The notes beneath the pieces are model-generated. The model was not told the DNA's origin. It searched no databases and worked only from the letters and a program-made list of their open reading frames with translations. Shown here in pieces: positions 37,746-49,544 of a stretch of DNA of 64,000 nucleotides. The position numbers were made by a program, and so were the translations under genes. Source of the stretch: Octopus sinensis (Eukaryota). Numbering within the stretch: position 1 is the stretch's first letter; the number at the start of each line of letters is the position of its first letter. The stretch lies in contig NC_043023.1 in NCBI RefSeq assembly GCF_006345805.1, positions 3,100,001 through 3,164,000 on the forward strand, in the 5' to 3' direction.

Positions 37746-37915
37746 TACAGGTGACCCAACCATAACCCTCACCACCAGATATTTTAAGCATCTCAGCAGT
37801 GATTCCTGATGGGCAGGAGGTTTTACCTGTCTTCATACCTCTAATTACTTTATCAATCAAAATACTCTTGATTCGGATAACTGGTCCCTCAGCTGGGTCA
37901 ACATCTGGCAGACTC

Positions 37916-38318
37916 GGATCTTTTCCGTTTGACCGGCAGTTTTTTCTAGCGATGTCATATGAAATTGTCACCCATAATTATGACCCTAGAATCAATCTAT
38001 TGCATTTCAATCTCTTTTAGGGGTAGGAGGAAGGGTATCTTTTTTCTTCACAAATGTAAATAAACCCAATCTGTTTCTTAAACGAGGGACATATTCATAC
38101 GGCACAGAATGTTTTCACCTCAATAGACGTCATTGATTGGTTGAAATTGCAGAAATTGAAGAAAAAAAACAACAAATATCTTAGAAACTATAGAATTTTC
38201 TCAATAAAGCCAAGAGAAAAAGATGTTTTATAAACACATTCTACCAGTATACAAAGTTTAAAATGTTTTAGTTACCTAGAAATTATGTTAAAAACTGCCG
38301 GTCAAACCAAAAAGATCT
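37916..38318. mobile_element. 403-bp MITE with ~29-bp TIRs and 8-bp TSD (Merlin-like; hAT not excluded)
   Basis: GCAGACTC at 37908-15 and 38319-26; TIRs ggatcttttccgtttgaccggcagttttt / aaaaactgccggtcaaaccaaaaagatct. Confidence 0.9.
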
Positions 38319-38644
38319 GCAGACTCTCCTCCCCTCATTCATTCTCCACATTCAGCAGTCTTTCATAATGGCATTTCCAAGCCTCTTTCTTTACAGAATC
38401 ATTCAACGCAAATGCACCATCATTCATGCGGACTCTTTTCTCTCCAACACTGCCTTGCAATCCAAAACACTTCAAGTCTTTCGTCCTCACATCACTGACA
38501 TAGGCACACTTTTTTCTTTTCTACTTCCCATCTGGCTAAGTAAACCTGTCTCCTTTCTTCCCTTCTGGCTGTCAGATGAAGATCCCTGCTACCACCACTC
38601 TTCTAGGCCTGTTTCTTTCTTTGCTCAAATGGCATCTACAGCAT

Positions 38645-40470
38645 CATTTCTATTTCTTTACTACCCACAAGGGGCTAAACACAGAGAGGACAAACAAGGA
38701 CAGACAAACAGATTAAGTTGATTATATCGACCCCAGTGCGTAACTGGTACTTAATTTATGACTCTGAAAGGATGAAAGGCAAAGTCAACAAAACCACAAG
38801 GGGCTAAACACAGAGAGGACAAACAGGACAGACAAACAGATTAAGTTGATTATATCGACCCCAGTGCGTAACTGGTACTTAATTTATGACTCTGAAAGGA
38901 TGAAAGGCAAAGTCAACCACAAGGGGCTAAACACAGAGAGGACAAACAAGGACAAACAAACAGATTAAGTTGATTATTTGACCCCAGTGCGTAACTGGTA
39001 CTTAATTTATGACCTCGAAAGGATGAAAGGCAAAGTCACCACAAGGGGCTAAACACAGAGAGGACAAACAAGGACAGACAAACAGATTAAGTTGATTATA
39101 TCGACCCCAGTGCGTACTGGTACTTAATTTATGACTCCGAAAGGATGAAAGGCAAAGTCAACCAAAGGGCTAAACACAGAGAGGACAAACAAGGACAAAC
39201 AAACAGATTAAGTTGATTATATGACCCCAGTGCGTAACTGGTACTTAATTTATGACTCCGAAAGGATGAAAGGCAAAGTCAACCACAAGGGGCTAAACAC
39301 AGAGAGGACAAACAAGGACAACAAACGGATTAAGTTGATTATATTGACCCCAGTGCGTAACTGGTACTTAATTTATGACCCCGAAAGGATGAAAGGCAAA
39401 GTCAACCACAAGGGGCTAAACACAGAGAGGACAAACAAGGACAGACAAACAGATTAAGTTGATTATATCGACCCCAGTGCGTAACTGGTACTTAATTTAT
39501 GACTCCGAAAGGATGAAAGGCAAAGTCAACCACAAGGGGCTAAACACAGAGAGGACAAACAAGGACAAACAAACGGATTAAGTTGATTATATTGACCCCA
39601 GTGCGTAACTGGTACTTAATTTATGACCCCGAAAGGATGAAAGGCAAAGTCAACCACAACCACAAGGGGCTAAACACAAGAGGACAAACAAGGACAGACA
39701 AACGGATTAAGTTGATATATTGACCCCAGTGCGTAACTGGTACTTAATTTATGACCCCGAAAGGATGATGAAAGGCAAGTCAACCACAAGGGGCTAAACA
39801 CAGAGAGGACAAACAAGGACAGACAAACAGATTAAGTTGATTATATCGACCCCAGTGCGTAACTGGTACTTAATTTATGACTCCGAAAGGATGAAAGGCA
39901 AAGTCAACCACAAGGGGCTAAACACAGAGAGGACAAACAAGGACAAACAAACGGATTAAGTTGATTATATTGACCCCAGTGCGTAACTGGTACTTAATTT
40001 ATGACCCCGAAAGGATGAAAGGCAAAGTCAACCACAAGGGGCTAAACACAGAGAGGACAAACAAGGACAGACAAACAGATTAAGTTGATTATATTGACCC
40101 CAGTGCGTAACTGGTACTTAATTTATGACCCCGAAAGGATAAAAGGCAAAGTCAACCACAAGGGGCTAAACACAGAGAGGACAAACAAGGACAAACAAAC
40201 GGATTAAGTTGATTATATTGACCCCAGTGCGTAACTGGTACTTAATTTATGACTCCGAAAGGATGAAAGGCAAAGTCAACCACAAGGGGCTAAACACAGA
40301 GAGGACAAACAAAGACAAACAAACGGATTAAGTTGATTATATTGACCCTAGTGCGTAACTGGTACTTATTTAATCAACCCCAAGAGGATAAAAGACAATG
40401 TCAACCTCAGCGGAATTTGAACTCAGAACGTAACAGCAGGCGAAATACCGCTAAGCATTTCGCCCGGCAT
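38645..40470 (-). repeat. SINE B-derived satellite, 14 units of ~124 bp, capped by the tRNA head
   Basis: cacaaggggctaaacacagagaggac at 39909, 40033, 40157, 40281 and other positions; head at 40390-40470. Confidence 0.95.
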
Positions 40471-40744
40471 GAGGTTTGGGTGGGACATTGCACCAGCCAC
40501 AGAAATGGTCTGTGGCACTCAGCAAGCTGTCCCACAAGAATTCCTAGTTGACCTCAATGTCACAAGTCCTCCTCCCTCACATCAAATTCCTCAATTAGGA
40601 TGTCCCTAAATCTTTGACCATATGAGTAGTCCTAGGCGACTCTGAGGAGAAGCTAATAAGGTTGGAAAATCGATTAAGGTTGTTCATCATTTTTTCAGTC
40701 TGTGGAGAAATGGCTAAAATTTTCCCTCATTATAATTATACCAT

Positions 40745-41270
40745 ATGTTACGTATATATATATATATAATAATATTAGGGAGTAAATCCAAACTTACAGA
40801 GAAAAATTAGATTTAGGATTAAATCAAATTTCACAATATAAATTAAATTAGAGATAAAACCACTATTAGGCAAATCAAACAATGAAAAACATAGACCAAA
40901 ACATAAAAATAAACATAATTAATATAATGTACAAAATATATAAAATATAAAATTCAAAATTTAAATTTACTTATTATATTATATTAATCTTTTTAATACT
41001 TTTTGATAGTTATAATAATAAAATAAAAAGAAAACATAAATTAAAAAATTAAAAGTTTAAAAATTTATAAATTTTAAAATTTAAAAAATAATAAAAAATA
41101 TGAAAATTTATAAATATAAATTTTTTTTAATTTTAAATTTAAATTATTTAAATTTTAAATTCTATATTTTATATATTTTGTATATTATATTAATTATATT
41201 TTTTTATGTTCTGGTTTATGTTTTTCACTGTTTCATTTGCCTAATAGTGGTTTTATCTCTAATTTATATA
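40745..41270. mobile_element. AT-rich foldback element (~120-bp inverted arms)
   Basis: 40845-40965 is the imperfect reverse complement of 41148-41265. Related pieces lie at 27460, 29090-29290 and 63720-63976. Confidence 0.75.
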
Positions 41271-41320
<50 letters not shown>

Positions 41321-41627
41321 CACAGCACCAATAACAGTTAAGCTTCATGCAATGGCCATACTCGATAACAAGGAGGCAGCCATCATGTATGTATATATAT
41401 ATATATATCATCATCATCATCATCGTTTAACGTCCGCTTTCCATGTTAGCATGGGTTGGATGATTTGACTGAGGGCTGGCGAACCAGATGGCTGCACCAG
41501 ACTCCAATCTTGATCTGGCAGAGTGTCTACAGCTGGATGCCTTTCCTAACGCCAACCACTTCAAGAGTGTAATGGGTGCTTTTACATGCCACTGGCACGT
41601 ATATATATATATATTATGTGTGTGTGT

Positions 41628-41837
41628 GGAGGTGCAATGGCCCAGTGGTTAGGGCAGCAGACTCGCGGTCGCAAGATCACGGTTTCAATTCCCAGACTGG
41701 GCGTTGTGAGTGTTTATTGAGTGAAAACACCTAAAGCTCCACGAGGCTCCAGCAGGGGTGGGTGGCGATCCCTGCTGTACTCTTTCTCAACTTTCTCTCA
41801 CTCTTTCTTCTGTTGGCCTGCTCGCTTAGCCAGCGGG
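41628..41837 (+). mobile_element. SINE family D (tRNA-derived), 3'-truncated
   Basis: ggaggtgcaatggcccagtggttagggcagcagactcgcggtcgcaagatcacggtttcaattccc, with A and B boxes. Confidence 0.88.
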
Positions 41838-42120
41838 GATGGCAGCCCCCTCATTATCGTGTATGGCCATTGCACGAAGCTTAACTGTTACTAAAGATCT
41901 ACAATGTCTTGTACAGAATTGACAACTAAGACCTTTACCGGTAATAGCCGGCTGTAGTTGTAACTGGGCTTCATGTACCTTTGCATGTCGTTTAAGTCCT
42001 CCTGCCGAATTACACTCTCTTCCACATGCCTGACAGATATGATTAGTATGGTGTGTTACACCACCACCAGTGACCAGGTTGTCACTCATCTGTCTCGTTT
42101 TATGACTACGAAGATGACTC
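41838..42120 (-). pseudogene. C2H2 zinc-finger-encoding fragment, probably the 3' end of an RTE-type LINE
   Basis: ..MSHLRSHK (end of one finger), CQACGRECNSAGGLKRHAKVH (C-x2-C-x12-H-x3-H), and a broken third finger CQFCTRHCRSL. An inverted copy of its 3' end lies at 41335-41386. Confidence 0.7.
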
Positions 42121-42145
42121 ATACATACATACATACATACATGCA

Positions 42146-42179
<34 letters not shown>

Positions 42180-42757
42180 CATATATACACAGACACATAC
42201 TTACATATATGTATACATGCATACATACATGCATACATACATACAAACATACAAACATACATACATACATCATACATACATAATACAAACATACATACAT
42301 ACATACATACGTACATACATACATACATACATACATACATACATACTCAACGTACATACGTACATACATACATACATACATAAATAATACATACATACAT
42401 ACAAACATTCATACATACGTACATACGTACATACATACATAATACATACATAATACATACATACATACATAATACATAAATACATACATACAGAAATACA
42501 TACAACATACATACATACATACATACCTACATTACATACAACATACATACATACCATACATACATATATACATTCATACATACCTTATACATACATAATA
42601 CATAAATACATACATACATACATAACTAAATACATACATACATACCTACATACTAAATACATACATACATACATACATACTACATACATACCTACATACA
42701 TCACAAACATACATACATACATACAAACAAACATACATACATACATACATACATACA

Positions 42758-42789
<32 letters not shown>

Positions 42790-42900
42790 CACACACACAT
42801 ATATATACATACATATACTTACATACACACACATACACACAAACATGCACACATGTATATGCACACACACACTCACACACACACACACTACTACTACTAC
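42120..42900. repeat. (CATA)n tetranucleotide microsatellite
   Basis: Directly visible. Confidence 0.97.
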
Positions 42901-43224
42901 TTCAATAAAAAGCTTTCCGCAGTGCAATGCATGGACAACTGAGAAAGTTGTCCATGCATTGACCGGAAGACACTATTAGCATAAACTACTAAACAGATAT
43001 GCTACTTAGAATAATGAGAAAGTTGCTAGAGATGATACAATGCGTTACCTTAAAGATATAAATTCATAAAATTACATAGGTTGACCTATGATGTATACAG
43101 ATATCTGTTAATTAGCTGCAAAGAAGCTGTCATTAGAAAAGCCAGAGTTTAAATGTGAGAGAAAATCAGATTTGATAAACAAGATAAAGTCAATGACATT
43201 TCCTTCACATTTCTATCTCTTTTT

Positions 43225-44005
43225 ATTCTTTTACTCTTTTACTTGTTTCAGTCATTTGACTGCGGCCATGCTGGAGCACCACCTTTAATCGAGCAAATAG
43301 ACTCCAGGACTTATTCTTTGTAAACCCAGTACTTATTCTATCGGTCTCTTTTGCCGAACCGCTAAGTTAACAGCGGTGCATCAGCATGGCCGCAGCTCTG
43401 AGCTGGAAAAAAAAACTACCTACATACATATATACATATATACGACGGGCTTCTTCATGTTTCCGTCTACCAAATCCATCACTCACAAGGTTTTGGTCGA
43501 CCTGAGGCTATAGTAAAGACACTTACCCAAGTGCCACGCAGTGGGACTGAACCCAGAGTCATGTGGTTGAGAAGCAAGCTTCTTGCCACACCTACGCCTA
43601 TATTTACTCTTTTACTTGTTTCAGTCATTTGACTGTGGCCATGCTGGAGCACCGCCTTTAGTCAAGCAAATAGACTCCAGGACTTGTTCTTTCTAAGCCT
43701 AGTACTTATTCTATCAGTCTCTTTTGCCAAACCACTAAGTTGCGGGGACGTAAACACACCAGCATCGGTTGTCAAGCGATGGTGGGTGGGTGGGGGGACA
43801 AACACAGACACACAAAGATATACAATCACATACATATATATACATGTATACGACAGGCTTCTTTCAGTTTCTCTCAAATCCACTCACAAGGCTTTGGTCG
43901 GCTTGAGGCTATAGTAGAGGACATTTGGCCAAGGTGCCACGCAGTGGGACTGAACCCGGAACCATGTGGCTGGTAAGCAAGCTACTTACCACACAGCCAC
44001 TCCTA
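43225..44005 (-). mobile_element. Cluster of SINE A copies and fragments
   Basis: Tails at ~43230 and ~43605; heads at ~43590 and ~44000. Confidence 0.85.
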
Positions 44006-44199
44006 AATAAAATTGCTATAAATTATCTATAGTAATAAAAATGAAATTCTGTCTGTCCAGGATCCATGTGTCTCAGTCTGTATCTGCTCTTCATAGTTAT
44101 ATTATACCTGTTTGGAATCAGGATAATCTCAGGATTAAAAATGCTTTCAAAGTAATTGATAGAAGATAGTTTATTCTCCTTGTAGGTTTTATTTAACCA

Positions 44200-44925
44200 T
44201 TAGACGCAGGAGTGGCTGTGTGGTAAGTAGCTTGCTTACCAACCACATGGTTCCAGGTTCAGTCCCACTGCGTGGCACCTTGGGCAGGTGTCTTCTCCTA
44301 TAGCCTCTGACCGACCAAAGCCTTGTGAGTGGATTTGGTAGACGGAAACTGAAAGAAGCCTGCCATATCATCATCATCATCATCGTTTAACGTCCGTTTT
44401 CCGCGCTAGCACGGGTTGGACGGTTCGACCGGGGTCTGGGGAGCCAGGGGCTGCCCCAGGCTCCAGTCTGATCTGGCAGTGTTTCTACAGCTGGATGCCC
44501 TTCCTAACGCCAACCACTCCGCGAGTGTAGTGGGTGCTTTTTACGTGCCACCTGCACAGGTGCCAGAGGGGTCTGGCATCGGCCACGATCGGTTGGTGCT
44601 TTTTTATGTGCTACCGGCACAGAAGCCATTCGAGGCAGGGTTGACATCGGTCACGTTCGGATGGTGCTTTTTATGTGCCACCGGCACAGATATATATATA
44701 TATGCATGTGTGTGTTTGTGTGTCTGTGTTTGTCCCCCTAGCATTGCTTGACAACCGATGCTGGCGTGTTTATGTCCCCGTTACTTAGCGGTTCGGCAAA
44801 AGAGACCGATAGAATAAGTACTGGGCTTACAAAAGAATAAATCCCGGGGTTGAGTTGCTCGATTAAAGGTGGTGCTCCAGCATGGCCGCAGTCAAATGAC
44901 TGAAACAAATAAAAGAGTAAAAAGA
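44200..44925 (+). mobile_element. SINE A split by an antisense family C element (44368-44690) in its central microsatellite
   Basis: A head at 44200-44365, reverse-oriented C element, A tail at 44700-44925. Confidence 0.88.
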
Positions 44926-45739
44926 GAGAGAGAGTATTATGTAGTTTGTCACTTCTGCAATGAGTTGCAAGTTTGTTGGTCTTGATGGAGAACCTCTTGT
45001 CATTGTAGTAGAAGGATGCTGGTATAACTTCGTGGACAGGAGAGAGATAGAGATAAAAAGGCTCATATAAAATTTGCGATTGATGAAAAGTTCGTTATCT
45101 AGAAGAACGAAAAAGAAAGAGAGATGTTAACTCTTTGAAAGTTGCTGGGGTACTGCCTTGAAGAATTACTTTCACTTTGCTCAGCATGGCCGCAGTCCAA
45201 TGACTGAAACAAGTAAAAGATAAAAGATATAGTTTTTTACTTGTGTCAATCATTTGACTGTGGCCATGCTGGAGCACTGCCTTTAGACGAGCAAAGGTCT
45301 CTTTTGCCAAACCGCTAAGTTATGGGGACTTTAACACACCAGCATCGATTATCAAGCGATGTTGGGGGAGGGGACAAACACAGACACAGACATATACGCA
45401 CACACACACGCACATACGACAGGCTTCTTTCAGTTTCTATCTACCAAATCCACTCACAAGGCTCTGGTCAGCCCGAGGCTATAGTAGAAGACACTTGCCC
45501 AAGGTGCCACGCACTGGGACTGAACCCGGAACCATGTGGTTGGGAAGCAAGCTACTTGGTTTTATTTAACCATTACTAAGTTTCTCACCACTGCAATGAG
45601 TTGTAAGTCAATCAGTCCTGCTTGAGAATCTCTCGTCATTGCGGTAGAAGCTGCTGCTAACTTCGTGGGAGGAAGAGAGATAGAGCTAAAAAGGATGGTA
45701 CAAAATTTGCCATCGATGACAAGTAGGTTGTCTGCTAGT

Positions 45740-46416
45740 GGCTCAGAAACCTGGACGTTATCAAAGAAGCTTGAGAGGCGGTTGGATGGAACTTACACTC
45801 GCCTCATGAGAGCTCAAAATCTCTCATGGAAGCATCATCCAACCAAAATGCAAATATATGGGAAACTACCACCTGTGTCATCTCTTGTGAAAGGTAGAAG
45901 AGTCCAGTTTGCTGGACATTGTTGTAGGGCTGAAAAATAGGTAATTTCTACTCTTCTCCTCTGGAAGCCATCTACTCACAACACCAGAGGGCGCACACTC
46001 TCCTACCCTGATGTAATCTCCAGGGATACAGGCATCCAGCGACAGGACCTCCATAATGCCATGATGGACCGTGAAGTCTGGCATAGCATGGTAAATTCCA
46101 TTGTCTCGACCATGGTTGTGATACCAGAGGGCGCACACTCTCCTACCCTGATCTAATCTCCAGGGATACAGGCATCCAGCAACAGGACCTCTGTAATGCT
46201 ATGATGGACTGTGAAGTCTGGTGTAGCATGGTAAATTCCATTGTCTCAACCACAGTCGCGATACCAGAGGGCGCACACTCTCCTACCCTGATGTAATCTC
46301 CAGGGATACAGGCATCCAGCAACAGGACCTCCGTAATGCCATGATGGACCGTGAAGTCTGGTGTAGCATGGTAAATTCCATTGTCTCGACCACGGTCAAA
46401 CAATGATGATGATGAG
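45740..46416 (+). mobile_element. RTE-clade LINE 3' fragment with terminal 140 bp triplicated
   Basis: GSETWTLSKKLERRLDGTYTRLMRAQNLSWKHHPT..RRVQFAGHC..RGRTLSYPDVISRDTG; accagagg at 45983, 46123 and 46263; (GAT)n tail; possible TSD agtggc. Confidence 0.9.
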
Positions 46417-47769
46417 TGGCAGAAGTAAGAAGAGAAAGAAGGAGGGATGCTAACTCTCTGCAAGTTGCCGAGTAAAGAGAAAGAGGTGTTATATTGGGAC
46501 AAACACAGACACACATATATATATATATACATATATACGACAGGCTTCTTTCAGTTTCCATCTACCGAATCCACTCACAAGGCTTTGGTCGGCCCGAGGC
46601 TATATTAGAAGACACTTGCCCAAGGTGCCATGCAGTGGGACTGAACCTGGAACCATGTGTTTGGTAAGCAAGCTACTTACCACACAGCCACTCCTACGCC
46701 TAATTATTCAATCAAATTATAAAAGATATCTAAATTATGTGATATTACAGTGATGGGTAACTTCTGTAGACGAAAGTAGCTTAAACATGGTCAGTTGTAA
46801 GCATAATACTATTGAAACACACTTTGCTACCAAAATATTTGGGTTTTCTAAGCCTTTTAAAAGAACTTGGCAGGCTGGACCTCCAATCACACCTTTCGCA
46901 AGGCCCTTAAAACCAGAAAGTTTTCAGCACCCCCTTGCTATCTGTAAATCCCACAACTAGCGATTAAGCTTTATATTGTAGGGAAATTGGTACATATGGA
47001 TTGCTGAATATCTTGTCTGTGCATGCCACCATTACAAATGGTAGCAGTAGTTTGAGACTGTTGCTGCAGAAATAGGACAATATGCCAACCCTGGTAAGAC
47101 TGAATTCATGAATTATAAAGCAATGGGTGATAGCTGAACTCTGAATGACACCAATCAGAAAATGGTTGATGATGTCTATAATAATAAAAGTGAAATGCTG
47201 TCCGTCTGGGACCCATGTATCTCAGTCTAAATTTACTCTACATAGACATATTTTACCTTTTTGGAATCGGGATGATCCTGGGATTGAAAACCTGCCCTTC
47301 ATTTGGTTCTTGAACATCCAGTATTGGGATCTGATTTCAAAGTATTTGGGTTACTATTTCTAGCAGATAAAGCTTGGATGATTCTCGCCATCTTGGTTGG
47401 CGTTTGTCAGATTATGTCAGAGACCAAGGGGGAGATAAATCATATTTGCTTCATTACTTCTATGCCAAGATAAGAACTTTGGAACAAATTGTCCAACAGC
47501 TGGAATTCAACTTGGAACTAAAACAATAGAATGATTGCATTAAAGAATTAATTGTCATCCCATCGTTAACCTCTGATCAGACACCACCAGGACATACAGT
47601 CATTATAGATGTATTATTGTCATGCTATTTAGACCCACTTTAGTTTGGGGCTGTAGGCCAAATTATCCCTCCGCAGGAGTAAGCTTAAAAGTCCGTACGG
47701 AGTGTGGCTTTTAAGCTAGAGGTTAATAAATTCCAGTGTTCTGATTAATTATTACAGAACTAACATAAT

Positions 47770-48812
47770 ATTCTTTTCTACTCTAGGCACAAGGCCTGAA
47801 ATTTTGGGTCAGAGGGCCAGTTGATTAGATCGACCCCAGTACACAAATGGTATTTAATTTATCAACCCCTGAAAGGAAGAAAGACAAAGTCAACCTTGGC
47901 ACAGTTTGAACTCAGAATATAAAGCAGATGAAATACCGCTAAGTATTTCGCCTGGCATGCTTACGTTTCTTATTTCTTTATTGCCCACAAGGGGATAAAC
48001 ATAGAGGGGACAAGGACAGACAAAAAGATTGAGTTGATAACATCACCCCCAGTGCGTAACTGATACTTAATTTATCGACCCCAAAAGGATGAAAAGCAAA
48101 GTCGACCTCGGCGGAATTTGAACTTAGAACGTAACAGCAGATGAAAAACCTCTAAGCATTTCGCCCAGTGTGCTAACATTTCTTATTTCTTTATTGCCCA
48201 CAAGGGGCTAAACATAGAGGGAACAAACAAAGACAGACAAAGGGATTGAGTCGATAACATCGACCCCAGTGTGTAACTGGTACTTAATTTATTAACCCTG
48301 AAAGGATGAAAGGCAAAGTCGACCTCGGCGGAATTTGAACTCAAAACATAGCAGCGGACGAAATATCGCTAAGCATTTCGCCCAGTGTCCTAACATTTCT
48401 TATTTCTTTATTGCCCACAAGGGGATAAACATAGAGGGGACAAGGACAGACAAAGAGATTGAGTTGATAACATCGCCCCCAGTGCGTAACTGGTACTTAA
48501 TTTATCGACCCCCAAAAGGATGAAAAGCAAAGTCGACCTCGGCGGAATTTGAACTTAGAACGTAACGGCAGATGAAAAATCTCTAAGCATTTCACCCAGT
48601 GTGCTAACATTTCTTATTTCTTTATTGCCCACAAGGAGATAAACATAGAGGGGACAAACAAGGACAGACAAAGGGATTGAGTCGATAACATCCTGAAAGG
48701 ATGAAAAGCAAAGTTGACCTCGGCGGAATTTGAACTCAGAACGTAGCGGTGGATGAAATTCTGGTAAGCATTTCGCCCAGCATGCGAACATTTCTGGCAG
48801 CTCGCCACCTTA
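47770..48812 (-). repeat. SINE B with ~215-bp internal unit x4 (A/B/A/B pattern)
   Basis: tatttctttattgccc at 47971, 48184, 48401 and 48615. Units 1 and 3 share diagnostic variants (ggggataaac, gaacttagaacgtaac). Confidence 0.9.
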
Positions 48813-49544
48813 GAACTAACATAATATTCATTAGAACTAATGGAGATCCAACTAATTATATTTCAGGAAGAATAACTTAGAGAAAAACCACAGATCAGAG
48901 ATTTTTTCTGTGAAATTTCTGAAGAGAGAGAGGGGAAATGATTATAGGAGGGAATTGGAGAAAAAAATCGCCAAAATAGAATAAGAGAAAGTGGTCAATG
49001 CATTGACATGAAGACAGTATTGGCATAAACAAATAATTATGCATCCTAGATTAATGAACGCAGTGTGGGCAGTAATTAGTGTTATCTTAAAGATATAAAT
49101 ATGTCTTAATTAAATATCAAGTTTATAGATGTCAGTTATTTTATTACACAAATAAATAATTGGTTGTGGTTATCTAAAAATAGCTGATTGCGAAAATATA
49201 TGTTAACACAGAATGCACTCCGTACTACTTGAATGTAGGTACGATATTCAGTATTCAATGTTCAACTACTGACTATTAAACCAACACACGGTTGAACTAA
49301 CATTCTCAACTACCCCCTTGACAGTTCACTTAGTCCTTATTTAATGTAATTGGTTAGTCCATCTTTGGTTATGTGGGAGTGTTCAGGATTCTCCAATGAG
49401 CTATTTAACTGCAAAGAAGTTATTACTTGAAAGGACTGAAAATAATAAAGAAGAAAAAACAGAATCGATGACCCCAATAAAAAAGGGATATGAATCCTAA
49501 TGTTTCTACTAAATAGTATTACCACAGTATTATTTAGAATAATG

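Larger units (their letters stand above)
35815..38625 (-). mobile_element. Degenerate RTE-clade LINE (RT region) with four nested insertions
   Basis: After removing inserts: AWKCHYERLLNVENE..SLPDVDPAEGP..MKTGK..GITAEMLK..YKGKGDALDRNNYRGIKLLD..DFRKAFD..GVHQRSILSSLLF..LLYADDL..SGQVRGGCAESI..RIRISWIKFRE..LREKLGIRSI..QERRLHLYGHV. Stops and frameshifts are present. Confidence 0.92.

Noticed and set aside
38645-40470. CRISPR-like regular array
   Set aside because: Units are contiguous near-identical repeats with no unique spacers, derive from a SINE, and there are no cas genes.
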